64,000 nucleotides of DNA, taken from positions 544,001 to 608,000 of the forward strand of contig CAVQEQ010000001.1 in NCBI GenBank assembly GCA_963711565.1. The letters run 5' to 3'. Made by a program: the position numbers and the translations under genes. Positions 32,041-41,495 of the stretch are shown one piece after another. The notes under the pieces were generated by a model. That model had not been told where the DNA came from. It did not search any database and was given only the letters and a program-made list of their open reading frames with translations. Positions within the stretch are counted from its first letter, which is position 1. Each line of letters begins with the position of its first letter. This DNA is from an uncultured delta proteobacterium. GTDB taxonomy: Bacteria > Desulfobacterota > Binatia > Binatales > Binataceae.

Positions 32041-32778
32041 TTATGTCTTTTCGCGGATCGCCCGCGCGCCGATTCGCGTTGCGTACACTGCCACCGCGAT
32101 GGTCGCGATGAATCCGACTGCCGTGAGCACCCATCCTGCCGGCGTGCGCTTGGCGCTGCCACCGGCCGCGCGCGCGAGGTCTCCGCTGATCGAGCCGATA
32201 TAGACGTAGAGGATGGTGCCGGGAATCATTCCCGCCCACGACGCGAAAAAGTAGTCGCGCAGCATCACGCGCGTCAGCCCGTACGCGTAGTTGAGCAGGT
32301 TGAATGGAAAGACCGGCGACAGGCGCGTCAGGATGACGATTTTCCATCCTTCCTTGCCGACGGCTTCGTCGATCGCCTTGAACTTCGCGTTGCCTTCGAG
32401 CTTTGCACTCACCCAATCGCGCGCAAGGTAGCGGCCGACGAGAAATGCCGCCGTCGCGCCGAGCGTCGATGCGATCGAAACGTAGATCGATCCGCGCACG
32501 ACACCGAAAATCACGCCCGCGCCAATCGTAAGGATCGAGCCGGGAAGGAACGCGACGCACGCCGCGATGTACATTGCGATGAACGTGATCGGAGCCAGCG
32601 CGCCCAATCCACGAATCCAGTCGAGCGCATTGGTCAACCACGGTCCCGCGCCGACGCGATGCGCACCATACAGTACCGCGATGCCCGCGATGACGATCAG
32701 TAGAATTTTTGGGCGGAAGAAAACGGAAACGCGGCTGGCGGCGGTGGTCATCTTCGGTGTTCCGGTGATGGCGAGCAT
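32041..32778 (-). CDS. TVP38/TMEM64 (DedA-like) membrane protein
   Basis: PGSILTIGAG, STLGATAAFLVGR, RLSPVFPFNLLNY, GMIPGT. Confidence 0.88.
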   Translation of the reverse strand: MLAITGTPKMTTAASRVSVFFRPKILLIVIAGIAVLYGAHRVGAGPWLTNALDWIRGLGALAPITFIAMYIAACVAFLPGSILTIGAGVIFGVVRGSIYVSIASTLGATAAFLVGRYLARDWVSAKLEGNAKFKAIDEAVGKEGWKIVILTRLSPVFPFNLLNYAYGLTRVMLRDYFFASWAGMIPGTILYVYIGSISGDLARAAGGSAKRTPAGWVLTAVGFIATIAVAVYATRIGARAIREKT

Positions 32779-32831
32779 CGCCGACGCGGACTGCTTATAA
32801 TGCCATCGAGGATTGTGTAATCCTAATCCGC

Positions 32832-33329
32832 ATGTCGGTCCACGATCACGAAAAGCGCGCGCCCGTGAATCTCAAGGTCGGCGTCATCACCGCTAGCGAT
32901 TCGCGCACGCCCGAGACCGACGAAAGCGGCAAGCTCATCCGCAGTTTGCTGGAAGCGGCCGGTCACCGCGTTGACTACTACGAAATCCTGCCGGACGACG
33001 GCGAGAAAATTTCCGCCGCGCTGGTCAACAACCTCGAGAACCTCGACGCGATCATCCTAAATGGCGGCACTGGCATTACAGCGCGCGACGGCACCACCGA
33101 AGTCGTGAAGTCGTTGCTCGACAAGGAGCTCGAAGGCTTCGGCGAATTGTTCCGCATGCTTTCGTTTCAGGAAATAGGTGCGGCCGCCATGATGAGCCGT
33201 GCGATTGCCGGCGTGCGTCACAGCAAATTCGTCGCCGCGCTGCCCGGTTCGCCCGACGCATGCCGGCTCGCGATGGAAAAGCTGCTGCTCCCCCAGCTCG
33301 GCCACATCACCTACCTGCTGAGCAAATGA
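32832..33329 (+). CDS. moaB: Molybdenum cofactor biosynthesis protein MoaB/Mog
   Basis: ITASDSR..DESG, GGTGITARDGT, MMSRAIAG, LPGSP. Confidence 0.88.
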   Translation: MSVHDHEKRAPVNLKVGVITASDSRTPETDESGKLIRSLLEAAGHRVDYYEILPDDGEKISAALVNNLENLDAIILNGGTGITARDGTTEVVKSLLDKELEGFGELFRMLSFQEIGAAAMMSRAIAGVRHSKFVAALPGSPDACRLAMEKLLLPQLGHITYLLSK

Positions 33330-34027
33330 ACAAGTTCAAGATCAAACTGTTCGCGACGCTGCGCGAGCGGGCGCATGCGGCCGAGCTGACGCGCGAGTTT
33401 CCCGACGGCGCTACCGTCGCCGACATCTGGCGGCAGATGGTCCTCGAATTCCCCGAGCTCGGGGGCCATCACGATTCGGTCGGCTTCGCCGTCAACCAGG
33501 AATATGTCGAAGGCAACTTCAAGCCGCGGATGGGCGACGAGGTCGCATTCATTCCGCCGGTGAGCGGCGGCGCCGGGACGCCGGTATACGTCGGCAAAAT
33601 TACAATCGGCCGCAATCCGATCAACGTCGCCGCGCTGGAACGCGAAGTTGCCGACCCCGCCGCTGGCGCAATCGTATCCTTCACCGGCACGACTCGCCGC
33701 GACAACGCGGGCCGGCGCGTGCTTCGTCTCGAGTACGAAGCCTACGAGCCGATGGCGCTATCCGAGATGCGCAAGCTCGCTGTCGAGGCGGGCGCGCGAT
33801 GGAAAATCACACGCATCGCGATCGCACATCGCGTCGGCGTCGTCGAGATTGGCGAAACTTCGGTCGCGATCGCAGTCTCGGCACCCCATCGCGCCGAGGC
33901 CTTCGAGGCGTGCCGCTTCGCAATCGATCGTCTCAAGGAAATCGTCCCGATCTGGAAGAAGGAACATTTCGAAGGCGGCGAAGTCTGGATCGGCTGCCAA
34001 ACGTCCCATCCCTCGCCGCTCACATGA
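33326..34027 (+). CDS. Fused molybdopterin synthase MoaD-MoaE
   Basis: MoaD part KLFA...AVNQEY...FIPPVSGG, continuing into MoaE part GAIVSFTG, LEYEAY, HRVG, PIWKKE. Confidence 0.9.
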   Translation: MNKFKIKLFATLRERAHAAELTREFPDGATVADIWRQMVLEFPELGGHHDSVGFAVNQEYVEGNFKPRMGDEVAFIPPVSGGAGTPVYVGKITIGRNPINVAALEREVADPAAGAIVSFTGTTRRDNAGRRVLRLEYEAYEPMALSEMRKLAVEAGARWKITRIAIAHRVGVVEIGETSVAIAVSAPHRAEAFEACRFAIDRLKEIVPIWKKEHFEGGEVWIGCQTSHPSPLT

Positions 34028-34299
34028 GCGCCTCAGTGGCACTCAGCATGAAGGTCGGCGACAAGATACGAATCGTCAAGCTCCCCAAGGGCCTCGTTGA
34101 TGACGAACAGCTCCAAACTAAGTCTCTGTTTGAACTCTGTCTCGGCCGAGTTTTCCTAATCCGGGAGATCGTTCCAGTGGTTGAGACCGGCGGTGAGTTG
34201 CTGGAACTTCACGTCGGCAAAGTTCTCGGTGAGGCCGCATTTGCACACAGCATCTGGATAGAGTCAGAACTGGTCGAACTCGTCAGACGTTCCCGCTGA
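34024..34299 (+). CDS. Small hypothetical protein
   Basis: ATGA overlap with moaDE; MKVGDKIRIV...HSIWIESELVE (SH3-like look); alternative start 34048. Confidence 0.6.
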   Translation: MSASVALSMKVGDKIRIVKLPKGLVDDEQLQTKSLFELCLGRVFLIREIVPVVETGGELLELHVGKVLGEAAFAHSIWIESELVELVRRSR

Positions 34300-34322
34300 G
34301 CAGATACCGCCGGACCCCATTA

Positions 34323-34352
34323 TTGACCGCACGGACAGTTACCAGTTACCTT
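34323..34352 (+). promoter_or_regulatory. Possible sigma70 promoter giving a leaderless ispH transcript
   Basis: TTGACC, 18-nt spacer, TACCTT, then ATG 6 nt later; no SD visible. Confidence 0.35.
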
Positions 34353-34358
34353 GATTAG

Positions 34359-35300
34359 ATGGCGTTGCGCGAAACATCTGTCGAGAAGATCATCCTGGCC
34401 GAGCCGCGCGGCTTCTGCGCCGGCGTCGATCGTGCGGTCGAGGCCGTACGCAGTGCGTTGCGGTCATACGGCCGCCCGCTCTATGTGCGTCATCAGATCG
34501 TGCACAACCGCTTCGTCCTCGAGGCGCTCGAACGCGAAGGCGCGATTTTTGTCGAGAACCTCGACGAGGTGCCCACCGGACAGCGCGTCATCTTCAGCGC
34601 CCACGGCGTCGCGCCCAGCGAATGGGACCGCGCCAGGGATCGCGCGCTGCGCGTCATCGACGCCACCTGTCCGCTCGTCACCAAGGTCCATCTCGAGGTC
34701 AAGAAATTCGACAACGAGGACCGCACCGTGATCCTGGTCGGTCACGCCGGCCACGAGGAAGTGAAGGGCACCCTCGGCGTCGCGCCCGGCAAGGTGCTGC
34801 TGGTCGGCAGCGTCGACGAGGCACGCACCGTCGCAGTCCAGAATCCCGATCGCATCGCGGCCGTCACGCAGACCACGCTCAGCGTCAACGACACGCGCGA
34901 GATCATGGAGACGCTCAAGGAGCGTTTCCCCACGATGCAGGCGCCAAAGACCGACGACATCTGCTACGCGACCCAGAACCGCCAGAACGCAGTCAAGGAA
35001 CTTGTGCAGGTCAGCGATGCGGTGCTGGTCGTGGGCTCGAAGCAAAGCTCGAATGCGAACCGGCTGGTCGAGGTGGCGCGGATGCGCGGCGCGCGCGCGT
35101 TCCTGGTCGATTCGATCGCCGACGTAGAGCCCGAGATGCTCGAAGGTGTGCGCGCGCTCGGCCTGACCGCGAGCGCGTCGTCGCCGGAATGGCTGGTCGA
35201 GGAAATCATCGGCGCTTTCGCCCGCTCCGGCGCCGAGGTCGAGCTGCTAAGCGTCGCCAAGGAGCGCGTGCATTTCCCGTTGCCCCTGCCCGCGGACTGA
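34359..35300 (+). CDS. ispH: 4-hydroxy-3-methylbut-2-enyl diphosphate reductase
   Basis: PRGFCAGV, IVHN, SAHG, DATCPLV, GHEEV, ICYATQNRQ, SSNA. Confidence 0.96.
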   Translation: MALRETSVEKIILAEPRGFCAGVDRAVEAVRSALRSYGRPLYVRHQIVHNRFVLEALEREGAIFVENLDEVPTGQRVIFSAHGVAPSEWDRARDRALRVIDATCPLVTKVHLEVKKFDNEDRTVILVGHAGHEEVKGTLGVAPGKVLLVGSVDEARTVAVQNPDRIAAVTQTTLSVNDTREIMETLKERFPTMQAPKTDDICYATQNRQNAVKELVQVSDAVLVVGSKQSSNANRLVEVARMRGARAFLVDSIADVEPEMLEGVRALGLTASASSPEWLVEEIIGAFARSGAEVELLSVAKERVHFPLPLPAD

Positions 35301-35441
35301 TCTGCCTCCATTCCCTGCAAGGAAAAGCTTTGCACACAAATGATACGAGATGAGGCTCGCCGCTGCAGGCAGCCAGTCTGCGCCACGGCGCCGCCGCTTG
35401 CTTTCCCGCTGCTGTCGCCATCGCGATCGGCGTCGAGCGGG

Positions 35442-36290
35442 CTAGGGGACGGCGCGCGGGAGAGCGCGGCGTTGAGGTGGGCGAGGGGTGTGGCTTTGGA
35501 TCTGGCGGTGGGCTTCTTCTCCGGAGCAGAGCTCGGCGACAGGGCGCATTTCGCGTGAAATCCAGGAGGACTCGGGCGGGAGGCTTGCGGCGCGCATCTG
35601 CTCGTGGGCCTGATCAACGTTGTCCACGAAATGCAGGTGGTCGGCGCGGGGGAGGACCACCATTTGCTTGGGCCGAGGAGTGCGGCTGTAAAGGTCGTGC
35701 ATGCCAGCGATGGGAGTAAGGACGTCGTCCTCGGCAACGATGTAGAGGGTGGCCGGCGGGCGTGGCCAGTCGAAACTGAGGGTGGCGGGGATCATTCCCG
35801 GCTTGGGATTGGACGCTCCGCCGGGGGCGAGCGCGACCACAGCCCGGATGCGCGTATCGGTTTCGGGTAAGGCCAAGGCGGTCCAGCCGCCGGCGCTGTG
35901 GCCGACGATCGCGATGCGATCGGGATCGGACCGGGCGGTGCAGGAAGTCGCGCCGGCGAGCATGTAGTCAAGCAGGAAGCGGGCATCGGGAACGCGGTTG
36001 GCGATGAAGCCTTGGACACTGTCGGCGATCTCCGGGGCGACGACTTCGGAATGATCGAGGGCCGCGACCAGGTAGCCCTGACTCGCGAGGTGCATGGTGA
36101 GGTAGGTGGCGGAGCGACGGTTGCCGCGGCTGTGGTGAGAGTAAAGGACGAGCGGCCACGTGCCGGGCTCGTCGGGGCACCAGATATCGCAGGGGAAGAG
36201 ACGGTCGCGGGCCGGGTCGCGGGCTTCGAAGGTGTGGGTGCAGACGGCGAACGGGCCGGAGGCGGAGGGTGCGGAGGCAGGGCTATTCAT
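35442..36290 (-). CDS. Alpha/beta hydrolase (chlorophyllase/PAF-AH-like); probable 1-nt frameshift near the 3' end (about 35487)
   Basis: PLVLYSH, LASQGYLVAALDH, GHSAGG, D..T and HLHF; the natural ending LAHLNAAL lies in another frame after a C4 run. Confidence 0.8.
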   Translation of the reverse strand: MNSPASAPSASGPFAVCTHTFEARDPARDRLFPCDIWCPDEPGTWPLVLYSHHSRGNRRSATYLTMHLASQGYLVAALDHSEVVAPEIADSVQGFIANRVPDARFLLDYMLAGATSCTARSDPDRIAIVGHSAGGWTALALPETDTRIRAVVALAPGGASNPKPGMIPATLSFDWPRPPATLYIVAEDDVLTPIAGMHDLYSRTPRPKQMVVLPRADHLHFVDNVDQAHEQMRAASLPPESSWISREMRPVAELCSGEEAHRQIQSHTPRPPQRRALPRAVP

Positions 36291-36370
36291 CTGGAATTTC
36301 CATTTTGGCTCCCGGTTGCGAAGATTTTATCACACGCCCCAACTTCTGATCCTCAACGGCTCCCAAAGCA

Positions 36371-36407
36371 CAAGAAAAGGTGCTCCGGGCGATTTGCCGG
36401 AGCACCT
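36371..36407 (-). terminator. Rho-independent terminator after the ice-binding protein gene
   Basis: On minus strand AGGTGCTCCGG-caaatcgc-CCGGAGCACCT followed by TTTCTT. Confidence 0.75.
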
Positions 36408-36487
36408 CAAGTTCGAGTTGTTCGAGTGACTCTTCAAGCGGAGCCCTGGAACCCCGCTTGATAGCGCGCCTTGTTACGAGTTCATCA

Positions 36488-39070
36488 TCACTGGCATCCC
36501 GGCAATGCCGCGCCACTACCGCCTGCCGTGACGGCCCCGTTTATCGCCAACGCTCTGCCATTCAGCGTTGCCCCGCTGTTCACCGTGATTGAGATTGAAG
36601 CCAATATGTTTCCTTGCATCACGGCGGTGGTGTCGATCGTCGCCGAACTACCAACCTGCCAGAAAATATTGGATGCCTGAGCGCCGTTGGCCAGGACTAC
36701 CTGCAGGCCCGGCGTGACGTTGAGCGTCGTTCCGATCTGGAAGATCCAAACCGCGTTGGTGTCTCCCTGCGCGTCAAGGGTCAGGTTGCCCGATGATATG
36801 GCCATCGAGGTCGAAGGGGCAGTGTAAACACCCGGTGGCAGAGTTAAGCCGCCTATGTTTCCCGTCTCGGTCGCTCCGGGCGACAGGGCGAACAGAGCAT
36901 TGTAGGCGGTGAGCAGGTCAGCTTGAGCGGTCATCGCGGCGGTATTGTCAATGTTTGTGGTCCCGTTCACGGTTGCCGGCGGAAAGCCCGTTACCGACGT
37001 GCCTGGATACAAACCGAGATTTCCATTCACCACTATGGCGCCGGGAGCCGTAACCGTAGTGGCGGCGAGAATCGCGTAACTGGAAGCCGATCCGAGATCG
37101 ACAGGCGACTGACCCGTAGTGGCCGATCCGGTGGTGAAGCTCCATGAAGTTGTAGGCAGCGCATTGCCGGCGAGATCCATGGCTCCAGCAATCGTGGCAG
37201 TGAAGGTCGTGCTTGCGGCCAAAGTACTCGTCGGAGTGAAGGTCACTATTTCGTCGGATACATCATAGGAGACTTTCCCGACTACGACCGTTGCCCCAGG
37301 CCCCGTGACAGTGAAGGTCGTGGGGTTGAGCGTCGAGGAGTCCATAGCTTCGTCGAAGGTTGCGTTGACCGACGCGTCGATACCCACGCCGGCAGCATAA
37401 TTCGCCGGGTTCGTAGAAGTAACTGTCGGGGGAGTGCTGTCCGGGCCGAGTCCGGTAGTGAAGGTCCAGACATAGTTGCTTGCCAGTGCGTTAGCCGACA
37501 GGTCCGTGACCCCGGTCGTGATAGTCGCGGTGTAGATGGTGCTGGCTGCGAGGACGCTGCTCGGCGTGAACGTCGCAGTGTTGCCAATCGTGCTGTAGGT
37601 CACAGTGCCCACGACAGGCGTTACTCCCGGTCCCATCAGGGTAAACGTCGTTCCGTTGAGGGTCGTCGAGTCCATCCCCTTGTCGAAGGTAGCGACGATT
37701 TTCTGATTGGTGCCGACGCCGGTCGCGCTGCTGGCAGGATTGGTCGCGCTTACGAGAGGCGGAGTCGTGTCCGGGCCCGCGCCGGTCGTGAAGGTCCATA
37801 CGTAGTTACTCGCCAGCGGCAAAAGTCCCGCGCTCTCAGCCGCCGTTGTGATCGTGGCGGTGAACGATTCGCCGGCCGGATAGGAGCCGGTTACCGCAAA
37901 GATTGCGGTGTTGTTGGTCGGATCGTAGGTGACGGTTCCGGGGATGGGCGTTTCCGACGGCCCTGTCACCGTGAAGGTCCCTGGCGCGAGGATCGTCACG
38001 GAATCCATCGGCTCACTGAAAGTGGCCGTGATTTCCTGTGTCGTTCCCATTCCCTGTCCACCACAGCCCACGATTGCAGGGGCCGACGAAATCACTGCCG
38101 GAGCGATCGCAGTGGGAGTCGCAGTAGGAGTTGCGGTTGCCGTCGCGGTAGCAGTAGCCGTGGCGGTGGCTGTGGCTGTGGCCGTTGGAGTATCAGTCGC
38201 CGTCACGGTCGGAGTATCGGTGGCAGTGGCGGTCGCCGTGTCTGTCGCAGTCACGGTTGGAGTGTCAGTCGGAGTCGCGGTCGCCGTGGCAGTTGAGGTG
38301 ACGGTGGCCGTGGACGTTGCGGTATTGGTCGCAGTCGCGGTTGCAGTGGCAGTAGCCGTCGAGGTTGCTGTGGCCGTAGGCGTTTCAGTCGCGGTTGCTG
38401 TCGGTGTGGCAGTTGAGCTCGCAGTTGCGGTTACTGTCGGTGTGGCGGTCGTGGTCGCCGTGGCTGTGGTCGTGGCAGTGGGGGTCGCCGTCGCGGTGGC
38501 CGTCGTAGTCGCGGTTGAGGTCGCGGTGGATGTGGCCGTCGCGGTTGAGGTCGCCGTGGCGGTGGGGGCCTGTGTGGCAGTTGCCGTCGGCGTCGCGGTT
38601 GGCGGAATAGTGGCCGGGCCAGTGGTGAAATTCGATACGAAGCCCTTCCTCAGCTTTTTGCCGTTGGTGGCCCGAATCGCTCCGACGAACTTGATCCTGT
38701 ACCTTGTGTTGAATGCAAGAGCTCCTTGCGGGGTAAAAGTCACGCTATTGCCGCTGCACGTGATGCTGCTCGCCACGATACGAACCCGCTTGAGCGCATC
38801 GAGCCGGAATGTATCTGCGTTAATATTCTTGCAGCGAATCGGCATGCTGAAGTTCACGGTGATAGTGGTATCGACGGACACATCGATGGCGTTGTCGACT
38901 GGATTCGTAGACATTACCTCGGGCCGCGGATTCGAAGCTGCGGCCGCCGATCCGGCCATTCCCACGATTACTAGAAACGCCGCTACTGAGATTCTACTGA
39001 CTATATATTTGAGCATCATCGTGCCCTTTTTCGTTGAAGACATGGCATTCATTTCCTTGTTTATTTGCAT
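36488..39070 (-). CDS. Exported ice-binding family protein (DUF3494-like) with four Ig-like (Big_5-type) domains and Thr/Ala-rich linker
   Basis: Signal peptide; repeats ending WTFTTG; C-terminal VDLGSASSYAILA...LPPGVY...LTLDAQGDTNAVWIFQIG...NIFWQVGSSA...LNGRALA; true start may be a downstream Met. Confidence 0.88.
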   Translation of the reverse strand: MQINKEMNAMSSTKKGTMMLKYIVSRISVAAFLVIVGMAGSAAAASNPRPEVMSTNPVDNAIDVSVDTTITVNFSMPIRCKNINADTFRLDALKRVRIVASSITCSGNSVTFTPQGALAFNTRYRIKFVGAIRATNGKKLRKGFVSNFTTGPATIPPTATPTATATQAPTATATSTATATSTATSTATTTATATATPTATTTATATTTATPTVTATASSTATPTATATETPTATATSTATATATATATNTATSTATVTSTATATATPTDTPTVTATDTATATATDTPTVTATDTPTATATATATATATATATATPTATPTAIAPAVISSAPAIVGCGGQGMGTTQEITATFSEPMDSVTILAPGTFTVTGPSETPIPGTVTYDPTNNTAIFAVTGSYPAGESFTATITTAAESAGLLPLASNYVWTFTTGAGPDTTPPLVSATNPASSATGVGTNQKIVATFDKGMDSTTLNGTTFTLMGPGVTPVVGTVTYSTIGNTATFTPSSVLAASTIYTATITTGVTDLSANALASNYVWTFTTGLGPDSTPPTVTSTNPANYAAGVGIDASVNATFDEAMDSSTLNPTTFTVTGPGATVVVGKVSYDVSDEIVTFTPTSTLAASTTFTATIAGAMDLAGNALPTTSWSFTTGSATTGQSPVDLGSASSYAILAATTVTAPGAIVVNGNLGLYPGTSVTGFPPATVNGTTNIDNTAAMTAQADLLTAYNALFALSPGATETGNIGGLTLPPGVYTAPSTSMAISSGNLTLDAQGDTNAVWIFQIGTTLNVTPGLQVVLANGAQASNIFWQVGSSATIDTTAVMQGNILASISITVNSGATLNGRALAINGAVTAGGSGAALPGCQ
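38100..38615 (-). repeat. Low-complexity Thr-Ala/Thr-Pro coding repeat (TATATATPT)n
   Basis: About 170 codons of alternating Thr with Ala/Pro/Ser/Val, with synonymous codon variation. Confidence 0.9.
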
Positions 39071-39109
39071 CCGATGAAGCTCGAAGTATTTCGCGGCATT
39101 GCGTATTGA

Positions 39110-39385
39110 CTATTCGGCATAAGCGGTCACGCCGTATCGATAAAATATTTGCGCAGGCTTGCGTGTAACTTGTTCGAGAGACGCGGCCTTTTCAGTTGTC
39201 GTCGAGGCCGACAAAAGACTGCGAATGCCGGCGTATCCGGCTGCGCCCGCGACAATCGCAACCATCAGCATCAGGCCGCACACCGTCACCAGGTATCTTT
39301 CGAGCTGCAAATCAGGACGTGGACTTCGAATTAACGCACGCTGTTGGCACTCTGCTCGAATGCCGCCCCTGCCTCGCATCTTCAC
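39110..39385 (-). CDS. Small single-TM hypothetical protein
   Basis: One hydrophobic helix YLVTVCGLMLMVAIVAGAAGYAG; co-oriented just upstream of the ice-binding gene. Confidence 0.35.
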   Translation of the reverse strand: MKMRGRGGIRAECQQRALIRSPRPDLQLERYLVTVCGLMLMVAIVAGAAGYAGIRSLLSASTTTEKAASLEQVTRKPAQIFYRYGVTAYAE

Positions 39386-39801
39386 TTGCTTCTGATTCCC
39401 CTTTTGACGAAACGTCGCGGCTCAGAAGAAAACTCCTAAGCTCGCGAGTCCGCCAGTTACGGTAAACGCAAGTTTCGTACCTCTGACGAGTTCGGCGGCT
39501 TCGGTTATTTGGGTAACCGTGAGCAAGGCGAGGGTACTAGTCGGAAGCTCCGAATCGCTTTTGAAAGCTAACCGCAGGAGATAGTCAGTCGAACCGATAG
39601 TACCGAAAGAGATGGCAAGGTATTGCCACCCAAGAACCGCGATGACAAAAAAGTGGCTATTTGAATCGGTGCCGCGCGGCTCAAATACCAAAGCCGGCGC
39701 CCGCAAACGCTCGGCGTGCGAGATCGTTTACGGGGATTATCTTTGCTTCATAGTCGGAGCGCCGCGCAGACCCTCTTCGCGCAGCCGCTCGAGTGACTAT
39801 T

Positions 39802-40197
39802 CTATTTTGAAGGCGCGGAAGTGAGTACGGTGGCAGGTTTCACGATTGCGTAACTCGCGACCCCGGCCAGCACGAGGCCGACGCCCGCGAGTCCGAACGA
39901 CTGCCACAGCGGTAGCCATTCGTGGAGCAACAGTATCGCGGCGTACAGGATGCATACTCCGCCGGATAGCATCACTGCTATTACAGTTAGAGTAGCTATT
40001 GCACTAGCTAGTCGAGTCTCCAGCGCCGCACTCATGCTGGTCTCCAGCATGTGGGCCTCGGACTGCAGGATACGCGTTACGTCGTTGACCGCCCTGCCGA
40101 CCAGCGTCGGCCAATCCTGTAGAGTCATCGGCGCGCCGTTAGCCATCTGCGATTGTTTTTCTGTCATAGGATCAACCGTGCGAGTTGCAAGGTTCAA
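39802..40197 (-). CDS. Two-TM protein, phage-holin-like/YqjE-type stress membrane protein
   Basis: Amphipathic LVGRAVNDVTRILQSEAHML then two TM helices with LPLWQS turn; ATGA-coupled. Confidence 0.6.
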   Translation of the reverse strand: MNLATRTVDPMTEKQSQMANGAPMTLQDWPTLVGRAVNDVTRILQSEAHMLETSMSAALETRLASAIATLTVIAVMLSGGVCILYAAILLLHEWLPLWQSFGLAGVGLVLAGVASYAIVKPATVLTSAPSK

Positions 40198-40487
40198 CGC
40201 TCGTCGCTTGAACCATGCCTTGCGATTGCGACGCCGAGCAATGCCGCGATTACAATCGGGCCCGCGCCGCGGCTGTTGACGATCGAGCCGAACACAAAAC
40301 CCACTGCTCCGGCTATCAGCGAGGCGCCAACCGAATGACTCTCGATCACGTGGTCGGGACGCATCTCGCCTTCAGCCTGTTCGACTTTCTCATTGACGTC
40401 CGCCAAAGTATCGCGCAGGTTGCGGCGGGCGTCGTCGCGCTCAATCTGGATCGCTGAAATCTGTTCTTCCGTTGTCATGGTGTCCAT
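40194..40487 (-). CDS. DUF3618-like coiled-coil protein with C-terminal membrane anchor
   Basis: IERDDARRNLRDTLADV, then AGAVGFVFG. Confidence 0.55.
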   Translation of the reverse strand: MDTMTTEEQISAIQIERDDARRNLRDTLADVNEKVEQAEGEMRPDHVIESHSVGASLIAGAVGFVFGSIVNSRGAGPIVIAALLGVAIARHGSSDER

Positions 40488-40782
40488 TGCGTTCGCTTCG
40501 GCCGCGAGCTTTCCAGCGGTCTGATCTTTGGTTGTCGTGATTGCCGGTGACCAGGTCCACGATGAAACTGGTCGCCGCGCCGCGCAGCGCGATTCGACCT
40601 ACTATGGTCAGGAGCGCCAGCCCGATGCGGCTGTTGGCGCCACCGCCGAGGACGAATCCGACGCCGCCCGCGATAGCCAGCGCCGTCAGCGGTTCTTCCT
40701 TTATGTATTCGCCGATATCCCGCTCGCGCCGCCGCTGCCTCTCATCCGCTGCCGACACGCCGGCCGCTGCCGAATTATTCAC
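40441..40782 (-). CDS. ElaB/YqjD/DUF883-like tail-anchored protein
   Basis: YIKEEPLTALAIAGGVGFVLG motif. Confidence 0.6.
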   Translation of the reverse strand: MNNSAAAGVSAADERQRRRERDIGEYIKEEPLTALAIAGGVGFVLGGGANSRIGLALLTIVGRIALRGAATSFIVDLVTGNHDNQRSDRWKARGRSERNGHHDNGRTDFSDPD

Positions 40783-40796
40783 TGCCCTGCCCCGGC

Positions 40797-41036
40797 TCAG
40801 GAAACGCGCCTAACGATTTGCGCGGCGACGTAGCCCACCGCAAACGCGGCTGCGATTGCGAACCACGGTTCACGGCGCACGAGCTCTCGCAGGTCGAAGT
40901 CCGCTCCGCGATCCTTGACGTATTGCTGCGCCGCATCGTAGCCGTCCTTAACTGCCTGGCTGGCTTTGTCCGCCGCCTGACGGCCCTGATCCATTGCGCT
41001 GCGGACGGTAGAATTTGCGGTATCTTCCATTGTCAT
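40797..41036 (-). CDS. ElaB/YqjD/DUF883-like protein
   Basis: Helical N-terminus, LVRREPWFAIAAAFAVGYVAA C-terminal anchor. Confidence 0.7.
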   Translation of the reverse strand: MTMEDTANSTVRSAMDQGRQAADKASQAVKDGYDAAQQYVKDRGADFDLRELVRREPWFAIAAAFAVGYVAAQIVRRVS

Positions 41037-41276
41037 CTCGGTTACCTCTGAGTTCGCGGGTCGCTAAGTACGTTTCTTGGTTTATCGAATTGAACGGTTC
41101 AACGCGCGGAAAATTTGGCGGGCACCGAGGGAGGGGGGAGTCTCCCGGATGCCCGCCGTTTCACCCATCCCCTCGCGGCGAACGCCGCTCGGTTGCTGGA
41201 AGAATGATCGCTTGAGGGCCGGTTGATTTGATTCTTATGGATCTCAATCGAGGTCTCATTTGCCGCTACTCGCTGA

Positions 41277-41474
41277 CTACGTCAACGCCGGTATCTTGAA
41301 TCCGGGTATCGCTCCGATCAGCCCGAACGTCTGCAATACCCAAATCAACACCACCACGAACACCACGATATTGAGTAAACTTTTGATCGCACCAGCCATC
41401 GGGATGTAGGTATTGATTAGCCACATCACCAACCCTATTACGACCAGAATCAGTACTATATTGACTAGTGGCAT
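41277..41474 (-). CDS. Small two-TM membrane protein (Thivi_2564-like)
   Basis: LVVIGLVMWLINTYIPMAGAIKSLLNIVV; AAGGAG SD. Confidence 0.8.
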   Translation of the reverse strand: MPLVNIVLILVVIGLVMWLINTYIPMAGAIKSLLNIVVFVVVLIWVLQTFGLIGAIPGFKIPALT

Positions 41475-41495
41475 ATGCCCACTCCTTGCTATCCG

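Noticed and set aside
37929-39077. 382-aa Val/Ala-rich plus-strand ORF
   Set aside because: Antisense shadow of the Thr/Ala repeat in the ice-binding gene
39386-39801. Riboswitch or ORF upstream of the ice-binding gene
   Set aside because: No c-di-GMP, c-di-AMP or other consensus recognised; ORFs there lack convincing features
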